From Lentisphaeria bacterium (GTDB lineage Bacteria > Verrucomicrobiota > Lentisphaeria > JABSQK01 > JAWLHB01): a DNA stretch of 64,000 nt. The position numbers and the translations under genes were made by a program. Position 1 is the stretch's first letter. Every line of letters begins with the position of its first letter. The stretch is taken from positions 1-64,000 of the forward strand of contig JAWLHB010000044.1 of assembly GCA_041690595.1 (NCBI GenBank), in the 5' to 3' direction. The notes under the pieces were generated by a model. The model saw nothing but the letters and a program-made list of their open reading frames with translations. It was not told where the DNA came from and made no database searches. Shown here in pieces: positions 17,319-27,094 of the stretch.

Positions 17319-19817
17319 TCAGAATGGGAAGCTCCCCTCCGTCCGGTTGGCAAGCAGATTCGCGATCACCCAACTGGTCGCATCCTCCAGCGTCATCTCC
17401 TGACCGTTCAACGTCAGCGTTTCAGCCAGGATATTCGCGGTGAGGCTGGACTGCGTATAGGTGCCCCGGCCATTGCCCGCGATCCGGTGACGACGAATGA
17501 TCCCCGAATATGCAAAGGGCACCCGCTGCATCGCACCCGTTCCCAGCGCGTGGCTCACCTGCAGACCGTAGGCATTCCAGATCAGGTGCTCCCCATCCTC
17601 CGGCTGACTGAGCGCACCCAAGACCTGATAGCCACCGCCGATGCCGATGGTATACATATAGGTGTTTCCCGCCAGCCAATCCTCCACAGCATAATAGTCG
17701 GTGCTCCCTTGGCGCCAGGCAGGCAGCAGCCGCACCTGATGCGTCGCGTAATCGACCAGCAGGTAGCCGCTGTACGCAAAATTGCTCAACGCGTTGTTCC
17801 CAGCATGCAGCCCCGGCATCGAGAACCGGTACAGCGCCAGGGGACCATGCGAGGCAACGGTCGGTGGGGCGGCAAGCACCGCGGGCCATGCGTCCGCGCC
17901 AAGCGAGATCCCCAGACTCGTCGCCAGCTGCTCCAGCACCGTCTGGTAAGGTGTGTTGACCGCGTTGTAGCCCCTCGTCTCGTTCAGCAGGATCCGCGCC
18001 GCCAGCGTCGCCATGCCGAAGTGTTGCGTCGACGCATCACCCCAGCGCGATTCCCCCGAAAGACTCGCCGCCACATCTCCCACGCCCCGGCCGCCCAAGG
18101 CGATATTCCGGTGCAGCAACCCCAGCACCTGGTCATAGCGCCATGCATCGAGGTTGACTGCCGGTTGCGGCGCGTTGCCCTCCTCCAGACTCATGAACCA
18201 ATAATCCGACGTCCCGATACTGCTTGCGTAAAGGACTCCACTCTCCGTCCATGTGCGCACCTCACCCGGCCCGTTGCTGTACTTCACCAGCGAGGTGACT
18301 GTGCCCGTGTTCTGGTCGATCACCAGATAGCCATTCCCGCTACGCGCCGTCGCCCCAGTCCCATACTCATTCCCGCGCACCTGCAAGCTGTACAGCACCG
18401 TGCGCGTATTGTCCACGTTCAGAACCGTGATCTGGACGCTGTTGGAATCCCCGAAGCCGGAAGCCGACGCGCTGATCGTCACCACCACGTCCTCGTCCCG
18501 TACCCCATCCATCACGCCGGTGATCGCAAACGTCTCCGAAGAATTGCCCGCCCGAATGCGGATTCCCGCCGGTACCGACGCCTCTGTCGGATCACTGCTC
18601 GTCAACGACACCTGCAGTTCGCCATCCGTACCGTTGCGGCTGACCACCCCAGTCGCCGTGCGCCCTTCCTCCACCGTCGACTGCTGCAACGACAGAACCA
18701 GCGCCCCCGTGTCATTGTCGGTGATCGTCACTACTCCGGTCTGCTTCAGAATCGACGTTCCCGCGCTCGACTGCATCAAGTCTACATAGAAGATTTCTCC
18801 ACCGTCCTGAGCCGTGTCGTCATGGACGGTCAGCGTGATGCTCTTGCTCGTCTCACCCGGCGCAAAGATCAGAACCCCGGAGACCGCCGTATAATCGGCT
18901 CCCGCGGTGGCCGTATCGTTGCGGCTCTGGTAACTCACCTGCACGGAGCTCTGCATGGCCGGCGTCAGCGTCACCGTCAGTTGCCCCGTGCTGTCGCTCC
19001 CGGTATCGCTTTCCGCAATCGTGGTGTCGTCGATGCTGAAAAGCGGCACATCGACATCCGCAATCGTCATCCGCGCCGTGCTCTTCTCATAGACCACCCC
19101 CGTGTGCGACTTATTCATGAGGCGCACCCCGAAGAACTCATCCCCTTCCGCAATGGCGTCAGGGAGCAACTGTACCGAGATGACCTTCTCCGTCTCACCA
19201 GGCTGGAAGGTGACGGTACCGCTCGCCGCCACGTAGTCGTCCCCGGGCGTTGCCGTGGCGCCGGTGGGGCTATAGGTTTCCCAATCCGTGGAGATCGCGA
19301 ACTGCAGCGCGAGGGGTATGCTGACCGTCGTCGTGATCTGCCCCGAAGTTTCCAGAGCGCGCGCGTCGGCAACGCTCAGCCTCGCCGCGTCGGTATCCTC
19401 AATGTGCCCAATCGCCTCTCCGATGAAGATCGTCGCGCCGACCGCGTTGCTCAGGCTCACCCTGAACTGCTCCGGCCCTTCACCGATGCCGTCACCTACA
19501 ATGACGACGACCACCGAGTTGAAGGTCACTCCCGGTTGAAAGGTCAGGGTACCGCTCTTGGCCACATAATCGGCACCGGCAAGCGCGGTATCATCAATCG
19601 TTTCATAGTCAACCGTCACGATGCTCGCGCTGGCTTCATCCAGCCGCACGTGGAAGATCATCTGTACATCCTCCACATCACCTTCCACGACCGGCTCCGC
19701 GTCGTCTATGGAAACCTGAATCGCCATGGCGCCCATCCCACCGAAAAGGCACAGCAGTGCCAGCCAAAGATGCATGCGAAGCGTGAAGAGTGAATGAGTG
19801 GAAGGAATAGACTTCAT
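17319..19817 (-). CDS. Secreted Calx-beta repeat protein with an uncharacterised duplicated C-terminal domain
   Basis: GAGGAGG RBS before MKSIPS; signal peptide; three Calx-beta units (TA.AGADY...SGTLTF.PGET...); Ig-like domain; C-terminal ~360 aa homologous to the C-terminus of 51412-55368. Confidence 0.85.
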   Translation of the reverse strand: MKSIPSTHSLFTLRMHLWLALLCLFGGMGAMAIQVSIDDAEPVVEGDVEDVQMIFHVRLDEASASIVTVDYETIDDTALAGADYVAKSGTLTFQPGVTFNSVVVVIVGDGIGEGPEQFRVSLSNAVGATIFIGEAIGHIEDTDAARLSVADARALETSGQITTTVSIPLALQFAISTDWETYSPTGATATPGDDYVAASGTVTFQPGETEKVISVQLLPDAIAEGDEFFGVRLMNKSHTGVVYEKSTARMTIADVDVPLFSIDDTTIAESDTGSDSTGQLTVTLTPAMQSSVQVSYQSRNDTATAGADYTAVSGVLIFAPGETSKSITLTVHDDTAQDGGEIFYVDLMQSSAGTSILKQTGVVTITDNDTGALVLSLQQSTVEEGRTATGVVSRNGTDGELQVSLTSSDPTEASVPAGIRIRAGNSSETFAITGVMDGVRDEDVVVTISASASGFGDSNSVQITVLNVDNTRTVLYSLQVRGNEYGTGATARSGNGYLVIDQNTGTVTSLVKYSNGPGEVRTWTESGVLYASSIGTSDYWFMSLEEGNAPQPAVNLDAWRYDQVLGLLHRNIALGGRGVGDVAASLSGESRWGDASTQHFGMATLAARILLNETRGYNAVNTPYQTVLEQLATSLGISLGADAWPAVLAAPPTVASHGPLALYRFSMPGLHAGNNALSNFAYSGYLLVDYATHQVRLLPAWRQGSTDYYAVEDWLAGNTYMYTIGIGGGYQVLGALSQPEDGEHLIWNAYGLQVSHALGTGAMQRVPFAYSGIIRRHRIAGNGRGTYTQSSLTANILAETLTLNGQEMTLEDATSWVIANLLANRTEGSFPF

Positions 19818-20187
19818 GGCAGCCTCCTCGAAGTAGGTTATAGATGTGGCAATTGTCACGTTTTGCGGAAGTGATAACCCTGCGCCCTTCCTCCAGCGAC
19901 GAACCGAATCCGATCATGCAGTACCAGATTCAGCCTTTCCTCTAGTCTGGCCCCACCAGCTGCCTCCACACAAATCATCCGTGCCTCCCAACCCCTGCAC
20001 AACCCACCTTCTTCATCATCTTCCTGAGGCTGAAATACTATCAGAATAGCCCTTCACAATTTTCTTCTCCGCCCACTTCAAATTTTTCCAACCCCCTCGC
20101 ACATTTCCCCGCCGTCGCTCGAAACGTTCATCGCCCGGCTGACACCTGCGCCCCCCCGCCGCTGGTCCTCCGCCGTAAATTGGTCCC

Positions 20188-20239
20188 TTGACAACATAGT
20201 TGGCCCCGATATATTGTGTTTATTCACTACAACTATAAT
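20188..20239 (+). promoter_or_regulatory. Sigma70-type promoter region of the GntR gene
   Basis: TTGACA (20188-20193)-16-TATATT; a second TATAAT at 20234; inverted pair ATAGTTG/CAACTAT overlaps it. Confidence 0.5.
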
Positions 20240-20265
20240 CTCTCTCTACTCAGAACAACGATGCC

Positions 20266-21483
20266 ATGAAGGTCAACTCGGCAGTCCGGGCATTTCGGCC
20301 CCAGCGGCAGCGCAGCCTGCGGTCACAGATCACCGATGCCGTGCGTAGCATGGTCACGACCGGCCAACTGCGGCCGGGTGACCGCCTCCCTTCAACCCAG
20401 GCGCTGGCGGCAGAGTGGGATGCGCAGGTTCGTACCGTCCACGACGCCCTCACGCCACTGGTCAAGGAAGGGCTGCTCGAGCGCACGCCCCGTGTGGGCA
20501 CCTTTGTTCGCAGCCAGGAGGAACGGCTCTCCCATGTCGGGATTTACGTCTGCAACTCGCTGTGGACCACCCCCGCCTTCACCTTTGGCCGCGCCGTCTG
20601 CAAGGAGCTGCACGATCAACTTGCCGGCCTCGGCATTGCCGACAGCGTCTGGGTCGATCCAAGATCGCCTGCCGAACAGTCAACGGCATGGGACGAGCTG
20701 GGGCGCGCCGCCGGCGAGCGTCGGATTCAGGCACTCCTTGTGCCGCTCTCCGACTCCGCGCATATTCAATGGCTGGACAAATTGCCCGTGCCAGTCGTCT
20801 TCCTCTCCACTCAGCCCCTACCCAACAAGGTTGGATTCGACAGCCGCCAATGGGTGGAAACCGCCCTCACCTTGCTGCGCGACCAGGGCTGCCACACCGT
20901 CGGTGCCATTTCGGCCAACAAGGTGCGCTTGACCGCCGCTGGAGAAGCCATCGAAGGCCACACCGAATTCTACCGGCAACTGCGCGATGTCGCCAAGCAG
21001 CTGGGGCTCGAACTCCGCCCGGAATGGATTCTCCACGCCCCCCCGGAAGGCTTCGGCCACAATGGCGGGGCCGTTCAACAGTTCGGCTTCGAGGCGATGT
21101 CCCACCTCTGCAAACTCGACAAGCGACCGGACGGCGTGGCCATCTATGAAGACGTCACCGCCAGTGGGGCGATCATGGCAGTCATGCAGGAGCGCATCGA
21201 CGTCCCCCACGATCTCAAGCTCGCGCTGCACCGCAACGCGGAAATCGGTCTGTTCTGTCCCTTTCCCGCCGCCTTCGTCGATGTCCGCGTTGCCGATGTC
21301 GCCGCGGCGATGATTGGCCACATGCGTCGGCTGTATGATGGCGTCGAGGTGCAATCCCTGGACGTTCCGTACCATGCCGTGCCCGCCTCGCCGTCAGCGT
21401 CGCGCGGCGCCGACCCTGATCAAATTGCTACCGCCATTCCATCATTCAGCGAACTCGATTACGTCACAAGGGCTGATGCGTGA
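20266..21483 (+). CDS. GntR-family regulator with LacI-type sugar-sensing domain (AraR-like architecture)
   Basis: LRPGDRLPSTQALA...LVKEGLLERTPRVGTFV; C-terminal RPDGVAIYED...IDVPHDL. Confidence 0.9.
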   Translation: MKVNSAVRAFRPQRQRSLRSQITDAVRSMVTTGQLRPGDRLPSTQALAAEWDAQVRTVHDALTPLVKEGLLERTPRVGTFVRSQEERLSHVGIYVCNSLWTTPAFTFGRAVCKELHDQLAGLGIADSVWVDPRSPAEQSTAWDELGRAAGERRIQALLVPLSDSAHIQWLDKLPVPVVFLSTQPLPNKVGFDSRQWVETALTLLRDQGCHTVGAISANKVRLTAAGEAIEGHTEFYRQLRDVAKQLGLELRPEWILHAPPEGFGHNGGAVQQFGFEAMSHLCKLDKRPDGVAIYEDVTASGAIMAVMQERIDVPHDLKLALHRNAEIGLFCPFPAAFVDVRVADVAAAMIGHMRRLYDGVEVQSLDVPYHAVPASPSASRGADPDQIATAIPSFSELDYVTRADA

Positions 21484-21545
21484 CGAGAGCTGGGCAGGAA
21501 TAAAGGTGCCCACTTACTCGTGCATCCACCAAAAGGCAACGCAAA

Positions 21546-22340
21546 ATGAAACGAACAATTCCCGCGTTCGACACGGTCTCCGATAAGTGGCTGCCTGCCG
21601 GTCCCAATTGCAGGACTCGCTTCACCCTCATCGAATTGCTGGTCGTTGTAGCCATAATAGCCATCCTGGCCTCCATGTTGCTGCCCGCCTTGACCAAGGC
21701 GCGCACAAAAGCCCGATCCATCTCCTGCCTGGGCAATCTCCGTCAAGTCGCGATGGCCTGCCATGGGTATGCCGACGACTTCACCGACTACCTGCCCCCC
21801 GCCGGCGGCCAGTCTCCCGACTCTCCCACCCATCCGAATGCCAGCCAGGGATTCGCGGCCTGGACAGCCTTCGCCGGCGCGCAGATCTACACGGATTACT
21901 CCATCACCGACCTGCGCTTCGGCGGCAACACCTACAATTGGGGCATTGCGCCGAACTGGATCATGCGCTGTCCGGTTCATCTCATCGGCAATCACAGCTA
22001 CGGCATCAATGGCACCACCTGGGTCGACTCCACCGACAGCTCCTGGAATATGTTCGAGCGCGGCGTCGCCCGCGTCAAGCGCAATCGCCTGCTCACCCCC
22101 GACCAGACCTTCATGGTCGCCGACGCAAGACTATATCGTTTCTACGACCCCAACTGGATATGGGATGCCGACATGAATGGCGATTTCTTCTTCGGCGCCA
22201 GTCGCCACGACATGCGGGTCAACATGAACTTCGTCGACGGCCATGCCGAATCCAGGACATTTCGCGAGATTCCCCATTACGGACACTCCCAGGGCGCGGG
22301 ACATCCCCTCGACAAGAACTTCTGGGGAAACAACTATTGA
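21546..22340 (+). CDS. Prepilin-type N-terminal cleavage/methylation protein with H-X9-DG motif (DUF1559-like)
   Basis: [29 protein letters not shown]...[24 protein letters not shown]. Confidence 0.93.
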   Translation: MKRTIPAFDTVSDKWLPAGPNCRTRFTLIELLVVVAIIAILASMLLPALTKARTKARSISCLGNLRQVAMACHGYADDFTDYLPPAGGQSPDSPTHPNASQGFAAWTAFAGAQIYTDYSITDLRFGGNTYNWGIAPNWIMRCPVHLIGNHSYGINGTTWVDSTDSSWNMFERGVARVKRNRLLTPDQTFMVADARLYRFYDPNWIWDADMNGDFFFGASRHDMRVNMNFVDGHAESRTFREIPHYGHSQGAGHPLDKNFWGNNY

Positions 22341-22415
22341 TCGTCTCTTTGTAAGATCAGCCAACCCGGTGCCACCCCTTCTGATCATCGACACCACCAT
22401 AGGAGCCCCCCAATC

Positions 22416-25400
22416 ATGCGGAGAACGACACCACTGAAGCACCAGGCGACCCTGCCACGCCTCTTCTGGGTTGCCACTTTGGCCCTCATCCTGCCGGTTC
22501 TGGGCGAAGCTCCGGCGACCATCTCGCTGACCATCGCCGAGCCAGGCCAAGTCTCCGCCACGGGGCCGGAATTCGATATCGCGCCAAACTCCCAGATCTC
22601 ACTGCAATTGACGTACGTCGGTCGGAACCTCGGCCGCTCCATGTCCCGCGAAGTGGCCAAATCCGGCGGCTCCACATGGTTGAAAATCACAGTGATCTGG
22701 CTCGATGCGGAGGGCAACGACGTGGATGTGGCCCGCGAAAAGCTCGCCTTCCCACCCCTCAAGCAAAGCTGGGAAGTGGCGGACGGCTCCGGCCGCCCCG
22801 TCGAAGTCGCCGTCAACCTCTCCTCCCCCGGTGATGCCGCAAAGGCACGCGTCGATTTCACCGTCCTGCGCGACCGCGCCATGGCACCAGGCGGCGCGGA
22901 CATTGGCGACATCCGCATCACCCCCGGTCAAGTCCAGGAAAGCGGCATTGCTCGCATCGTCACCGGCCCTCCGGACGCAGGCCCCGTTACCTCACCCCCA
23001 GAGGGCGTCTCCTTCGGCGAGAATCTGGCCCCCAATTCAACTCTCGAAGAGGGCGAGCAGACGCCCTTGGGCTGGCGCATTGTCGGCGACAACAGCGGTG
23101 GTGCGGCGCGCTGGATCGACGGCGGCGCCTATTCCGGCCGGCGAGCCTTCCGCATTGACGACCGCGCCCCTTATCGACGCAGCTGGGGTGAGGAACCCGA
23201 TCCTCAGGTACTCATCCCCGGCAGCGAACCGCAAGCTAACTACGGCTTTGGTCGCGAGGAAGTCTATGCCCGCTGGGTGAGCGATCCCGTCCCCGCGGAA
23301 CCGAACGCACTCTACATGACCATGGCCGCTTACCATTACGGCAATCGGCACGATCCCAGCCGCAACCTCATGAATCCCGTGCGCATTGAATTTCTGGATG
23401 CCAACCAGCGCCTCATCCCGCTCCCCCATTGGGCCAACAGCTTGCCGGATGCCATGGAGATTCTTCATCCCCCAGGATGGACCCCCATTGTCGGCAAACC
23501 CGTGCCAGCCCCGCGCAACGCTGCCTTTGTTCGCTTGGCGATTGTGCTGCAACACGCCTATTACGAGACCATGCAGGGCCCGTTGAACAAGAATGCCCTC
23601 AATCCCGGTTTCGTGGTCGTCGACAATATCGCCCTCTTCAAGACTGCCACCGAACGCCCGGCTGATGATCCCGGCCTGACCCGTGTCACCCGCGAGCGAG
23701 CCTTTGCCGAGACACTCGCCGCCGGCGGCGTTCCCTTTGTCCCCAGCAGCCCGGCCCATCGCCCAAACAGTCTCACCGCCGAGAGCCATTCGCCTATCGG
23801 TGGCGGTATTCTCCTGAGTGGCCAGTCCGACGACCTCGGCCTCATTGTCCGGGACAAGATCGGCGACCGCCGTCACCTGAACGTCGCCTACGACCTGCTC
23901 GACGCCACCGGTCAGTCGGTACATCGGGAGGAGGCAGTGGGAACCATCGAACCTTATCGGGAGGCGGTCCTTGCGCTCGACGTACCCGCCGACCTCCCGT
24001 TGGGGCCCTACACCATCGCCTACATCCTGCGCGAAGGCGATGTTACCGCCCACGCCGGGGAAAGTCGCCTCGCAGTCGCCATCGACCATCCCGCCGATCT
24101 GGCCGAACGCCGCCGCATGGATTATCCCTTTGCCACCTGGGCCCATCGCTTCAAGGAATTCTTCGTCAACGACCATCCCGAAGAGTTCGCGCTGTTGGGA
24201 GAGAGCTGTCGCTACATGGGCGCAGGCAAGCAGGGCTTCGTCGTCTCCTTCTATCCCGAGCACTATCTCGCCATTGCCAACGACACCGCACGGCGCGCGA
24301 AGATCGAGGCCGACATCGCGGAAAGGCGGGCCTTGATGGTGGCGATGGCAGAGCACGATGTCTTCAACCTGCCCCTCCTCCATCCCGTGCCGCCCCTGAC
24401 CGACGAAACTCGACCCCGCGCCGTGGAGCTGGTCACCATGCTTGTCAATGGCCTCGCCGACCTCTCCCTCGTCTGGACCTACGGCGATGAGCAGATTCAC
24501 GGCGGCATTGAAGTCGCCCAACTCGATGAAACCACCCGCGCCGACGGCAGCATCATCATGAATTGGGGCTACCCAGGCTCGGCCCGCACCTATATCCATG
24601 ACTATCTCCTCCTGTACGATACCATGAAGAGCGCCCAGCCCGATGCCATCTTCGGCTTCAATTCCGCCAGCCACGGCAACGGCAACGTCATGCGCCTCTT
24701 GCTGGCCGCGGGCGCACGCGGCAAGTTCGACATGCTCGGCGTCAACATGTTCATGAGCCCCTTCTCCATCTGGCCGGCTACCCTCGAAGTCATGCGCGAG
24801 CACGGCATGGACGATGACGCTATCCATTTCTTCGGCCACAACCTCGGCGGCATCATCCGTACCGACCCCCGCCTTACCGGCAGTCAGCGCCTTGAAGGCG
24901 AACTCCACGATGCCCTCTCCCTGCCCAAACAATGGACCCAGATCCTTCATTCCTTCCCCCAGCTGACCTTTGTGCCCCAGTGGGATCCCGGTCTCGGCAA
25001 CGATCAGGCCAGCTTTACCTTCAACCAACGAGTCAAGCCCGCCTTCTCCAGCTACGCCGCCATGACCCGCCTGCTCGGCGCGGGCCGCTTCACCGCCAAG
25101 CACCTTTTCCCCGGCGCCGAGCTCTACGTACGCGAACGCAGCGCACGTCCCGGCATCGTCGGCATCGCCTGGGCCAACAGCGACAACCCCGTCACCATCG
25201 AACTGGCCGTGGGCGCCGATACAGTCACCGTCGCCGATGTCTGGGGAAATACCCGCGACATGCAAAGCGACGACGGCGTCCTGGAGCTTACCGTCACCGA
25301 TTGGCCCCACTATATCGTCGGCGCCACCAAGCTCGAACCCGCCCCATCCGTGCGCATCACCCTCGATCAGGCCAGCACAGCGGCCGGCAAGCCCCAGTTC

Positions 25401-26849
25401 GCCATCACGGTGAATAACGATACCGCACATGCCATCGGCGGCCACCTGACCCTCGATCCCCGCACCGCCGCCACCGTCGCCCCACAACGCCTCGCCGTCG
25501 AGCCCATTCCGCCAGGCCAGACCCGCCGCTACACCGTCACGCTCGCCATCCTCGAGCCGACCATGGACCAGCCGGTGCCGTTGCACGTTCGTTTCGCGAC
25601 CGACTACAGGAACCGCGTTTACGAAACGACTACCATGCTCAATTTCCACTTCGCCCCCCGCGTCCAGACCCCGCCGATCATCGACGGTGAACTCGACGAC
25701 TGGAGGCTCGAAGCCACGCTGGCACTCGTCGCCGATCGTGAGGAACAGCTCTTCCGTTACGAAAACAAAGGCCCATGGGCTGGCCCCGAGGAACTCAGCG
25801 GCAAGCTCTGGCTAACCTGGGACAACCAGCATCTCTATTTCGCCGCCAAGGTCCGCGACGGCGGCCAGACCATCGCCGACACCCCCGAATGGCTATGGGC
25901 AGGAGACAGCATCGAGATGCTTATCGCCCCCATGGGCAGTCGCGAACGCGACAGCGCTTATGCCCAGATCGCCCTCGGACTGGTCAAGGGTGGCCAATCC
26001 AGCGTTATGCGCTACCATGGCCCCGGACCCAATGGCCCGCTGCTCGCGGCAAAGGTGGCCGTCAAGCGGGTTGACGGCGGTTATCTCTACGAAGCTGCCG
26101 TCCCCTGGCGTGACCTCACCGACAACCCCGCCTTCAAGCCTCGAGCCGGCCATCCCATCACCACCGCCTTCGGCTTCAACGACAAAGACGCCGGAGTGCG
26201 CATGATTTCCTGGTACGACCGCGTCACGTACAAGGATCCTGCCCGCTTCGGACAGATTGTCCTCACCGCGCCAGTTGACGACACCCCATTCCCGCCGCCG
26301 CCCGGAAACTTGGTACCCAACGGCGATTTCGAGGATGCCGCCCTGCCACCAGCCGACGACCTGTCGGATTGGAGCACCACCTTCCGGCCCGACCCGCTCG
26401 GCAATCCCAGCGCCATCGCCTACGTGAGCACGGACGGCGCCTACCAGGGCAAGAGTCTGGTCATCGAGCGCCTGCATGTTCACAATCATGCCGAAGTCCA
26501 CGCCTTCCGCGTCCCCGTCCAATCTGGGCGCCGTTATCTCGTCCGCGCGATGATCAAGGCGCCGATGCGCCAGCCAGCCGTGCACCTCTCCTTCCGCAAC
26601 GCCGCACAAGAGGCCATCCAAGACCCGCTCACAGTCATCACGCTCACACCCGCTACCGACTTCAACTACAACAGCCTGATGCTCATGAACACCGATCGCG
26701 TCACCGACCGCGCCCGCTTTCACCCAGCCGCCATCGCCGTCGATGCCCCGTCAGGCGCCACCACTCTGTGGCTCAGCTTCAGCTACAACTGGGCTTCCGG
26801 CAAAGCCCACTTCGACAACATCGAAGTCATCGAGCTGCCGCTGCCGTGA
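22416..26849 (+). CDS. Large secreted multidomain glycan-binding/GH39-like protein (CBM4-like, clan GH-A-like barrel, CBM9/DOMON-like)
   Basis: Signal peptide; NLAPNSTLE and NLVPNGDFE CBM starts; WTYGDEQ; KPAFSSYAAMTRLL; IIDGELDDW...WDNQHLYFAAKVRD...GDSIE. Confidence 0.7.
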   Translation: MRRTTPLKHQATLPRLFWVATLALILPVLGEAPATISLTIAEPGQVSATGPEFDIAPNSQISLQLTYVGRNLGRSMSREVAKSGGSTWLKITVIWLDAEGNDVDVAREKLAFPPLKQSWEVADGSGRPVEVAVNLSSPGDAAKARVDFTVLRDRAMAPGGADIGDIRITPGQVQESGIARIVTGPPDAGPVTSPPEGVSFGENLAPNSTLEEGEQTPLGWRIVGDNSGGAARWIDGGAYSGRRAFRIDDRAPYRRSWGEEPDPQVLIPGSEPQANYGFGREEVYARWVSDPVPAEPNALYMTMAAYHYGNRHDPSRNLMNPVRIEFLDANQRLIPLPHWANSLPDAMEILHPPGWTPIVGKPVPAPRNAAFVRLAIVLQHAYYETMQGPLNKNALNPGFVVVDNIALFKTATERPADDPGLTRVTRERAFAETLAAGGVPFVPSSPAHRPNSLTAESHSPIGGGILLSGQSDDLGLIVRDKIGDRRHLNVAYDLLDATGQSVHREEAVGTIEPYREAVLALDVPADLPLGPYTIAYILREGDVTAHAGESRLAVAIDHPADLAERRRMDYPFATWAHRFKEFFVNDHPEEFALLGESCRYMGAGKQGFVVSFYPEHYLAIANDTARRAKIEADIAERRALMVAMAEHDVFNLPLLHPVPPLTDETRPRAVELVTMLVNGLADLSLVWTYGDEQIHGGIEVAQLDETTRADGSIIMNWGYPGSARTYIHDYLLLYDTMKSAQPDAIFGFNSASHGNGNVMRLLLAAGARGKFDMLGVNMFMSPFSIWPATLEVMREHGMDDDAIHFFGHNLGGIIRTDPRLTGSQRLEGELHDALSLPKQWTQILHSFPQLTFVPQWDPGLGNDQASFTFNQRVKPAFSSYAAMTRLLGAGRFTAKHLFPGAELYVRERSARPGIVGIAWANSDNPVTIELAVGADTVTVADVWGNTRDMQSDDGVLELTVTDWPHYIVGATKLEPAPSVRITLDQASTAAGKPQFAITVNNDTAHAIGGHLTLDPRTAATVAPQRLAVEPIPPGQTRRYTVTLAILEPTMDQPVPLHVRFATDYRNRVYETTTMLNFHFAPRVQTPPIIDGELDDWRLEATLALVADREEQLFRYENKGPWAGPEELSGKLWLTWDNQHLYFAAKVRDGGQTIADTPEWLWAGDSIEMLIAPMGSRERDSAYAQIALGLVKGGQSSVMRYHGPGPNGPLLAAKVAVKRVDGGYLYEAAVPWRDLTDNPAFKPRAGHPITTAFGFNDKDAGVRMISWYDRVTYKDPARFGQIVLTAPVDDTPFPPPPGNLVPNGDFEDAALPPADDLSDWSTTFRPDPLGNPSAIAYVSTDGAYQGKSLVIERLHVHNHAEVHAFRVPVQSGRRYLVRAMIKAPMRQPAVHLSFRNAAQEAIQDPLTVITLTPATDFNYNSLMLMNTDRVTDRARFHPAAIAVDAPSGATTLWLSFSYNWASGKAHFDNIEVIELPLP

Positions 26850-26910
26850 TCATCAAGCCCCGGACTCGCTGCTCCCGGGGAGGCTGAGCCCGCCTCGGAT
26901 GTCTGATGCT

Positions 26911-26953
26911 CTTGCGTCTCCGTGGCCTCGTGTCTCCGCGCCTCCGCGCGAGA
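26911..26953. repeat. Short degenerate tandem repeat of (CT/GT)CCGCG-type units
   Basis: CTTGCGTCTCCGTGGCCTCGTGTCTCCGCGCCTCCGCGCGAGA: 8-9 nt units in an intergenic spacer. Confidence 0.5.
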
Positions 26954-26998
26954 CTGACGACAGTGGGCATGGTACCCCAAAATGTGTCTGTCTACTCC

Positions 26999-27041
26999 TT
27001 GACAAGAGACCGTTCGCAGATAATTATTAGATAATTATTAG
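26999..27041 (+). promoter_or_regulatory. Promoter with an 11-bp tandem direct repeat (candidate GntR operator)
   Basis: TTGACA at 26999 followed by AGATAATTATT x2 (27018-27039), each copy holding the palindrome ATAATTAT. Confidence 0.6.
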
Positions 27042-27094
27042 GATCATGAACATGGGCAGACCCAAAATGTGGTCTTGGTTTTCTTTGCAGGATT

